64,000 bases of DNA from a virus (lineage: Duplodnaviria; Heunggongvirae; Uroviricota; Caudoviricetes): the IMG/VR virus record IMGVR_UViG_3300013021_000001; one strand, given 5' to 3'. Positions 63,983 through 64,000 of this stretch are shown here, one piece after another. The translations under genes and the position numbers were made by a program. The notes beneath the pieces were generated by a model. It had not been told where the DNA came from. It saw only the letters and a list, made by a program, of their open reading frames with translations, and ran no database searches. Numbering within the stretch: position 1 is the first letter of the stretch; every line of letters starts with the position of its first letter.

Positions 63983-64000
63983 ATTAAGTAAATTCCTTAA

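Noticed and set aside
1-64000. CRISPR array, IS/transposase, or integrase/attachment site
   Set aside because: No regularly spaced short repeats, no transposase or integrase motifs, and no long terminal inverted repeats were seen. The only mobile elements are the intron and inteins.

Overview
This window reads as a contiguous stretch of a large lytic dsDNA phage genome from a low-GC Gram-positive host, probably an anaerobe or facultative anaerobe. The supporting evidence is AGGAGG-type ribosome-binding sites, roughly 30% GC, an anaerobic ribonucleotide reductase, and an XhlA/holin/amidase lysis set.

**Plus-strand replication and nucleotide-metabolism block (1-54.7 kb).** This block carries a Pol III-type replisome:
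- sliding clamp, DnaG primase, DnaB-like helicase, a DnaQ-like exonuclease, and a replisome-organizer protein with internal iterons
- DnaE (alpha subunit), which is interrupted by a group I intron carrying a LAGLIDADG homing-endonuclease gene

It also carries recombination and repair genes:
- UvrD/PcrA-family helicase, ERF-family annealing protein, RuvC, RecJ-like exonuclease, and an SNase-like nuclease

The nucleotide-metabolism set is unusually rich:
- ThyX, dUTPase-like protein, dCTP deaminase, Tmk, Gmk-like kinase, NrdD, two NrdG-like activases, CTP synthase, thioredoxin, and a UraA-type uracil permease

Additional genes in this block:
- GroES, a sigma-factor-like protein, an SPFH protein, an HslV-like peptidase, and an ArfB-like GGQ protein

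Mobile elements within genes:
- three inteins, one each in the UvrD-like helicase, ThyX (with an HNH endonuclease) and NrdD (with a LAGLIDADG endonuclease)

**Minus-strand block (54.7-64 kb).** The right end is transcribed leftward:
- membrane and coiled-coil proteins, a holin-like protein and an XhlA-like protein
- a catalytically intact GH13 alpha-amylase-like enzyme
- a degenerate NeuB-like protein and an Amidase_3-type endolysin
- a compact cluster of three tandem radical-SAM/SPASM paralogs preceded by two paralogous ParB/Srx-fold proteins

**Most unusual observations.**
1. The nrdD gene is split: its glycyl-radical C-terminal motif lies in a separate 42-codon ORF 1.76 kb downstream, beyond nrdG.
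2. The triple radical-SAM/SPASM plus double ParB-like cluster has no recognisable function.
3. An intron and three inteins sit within replication and nucleotide-metabolism genes.
4. An iteron-like 69-bp duplication lies inside the replisome-organizer gene.
5. A 205-codon P-loop (terminase-like) open frame has no canonical start codon.

All functional calls are from motif-level reading of the translations; no database searches were run.
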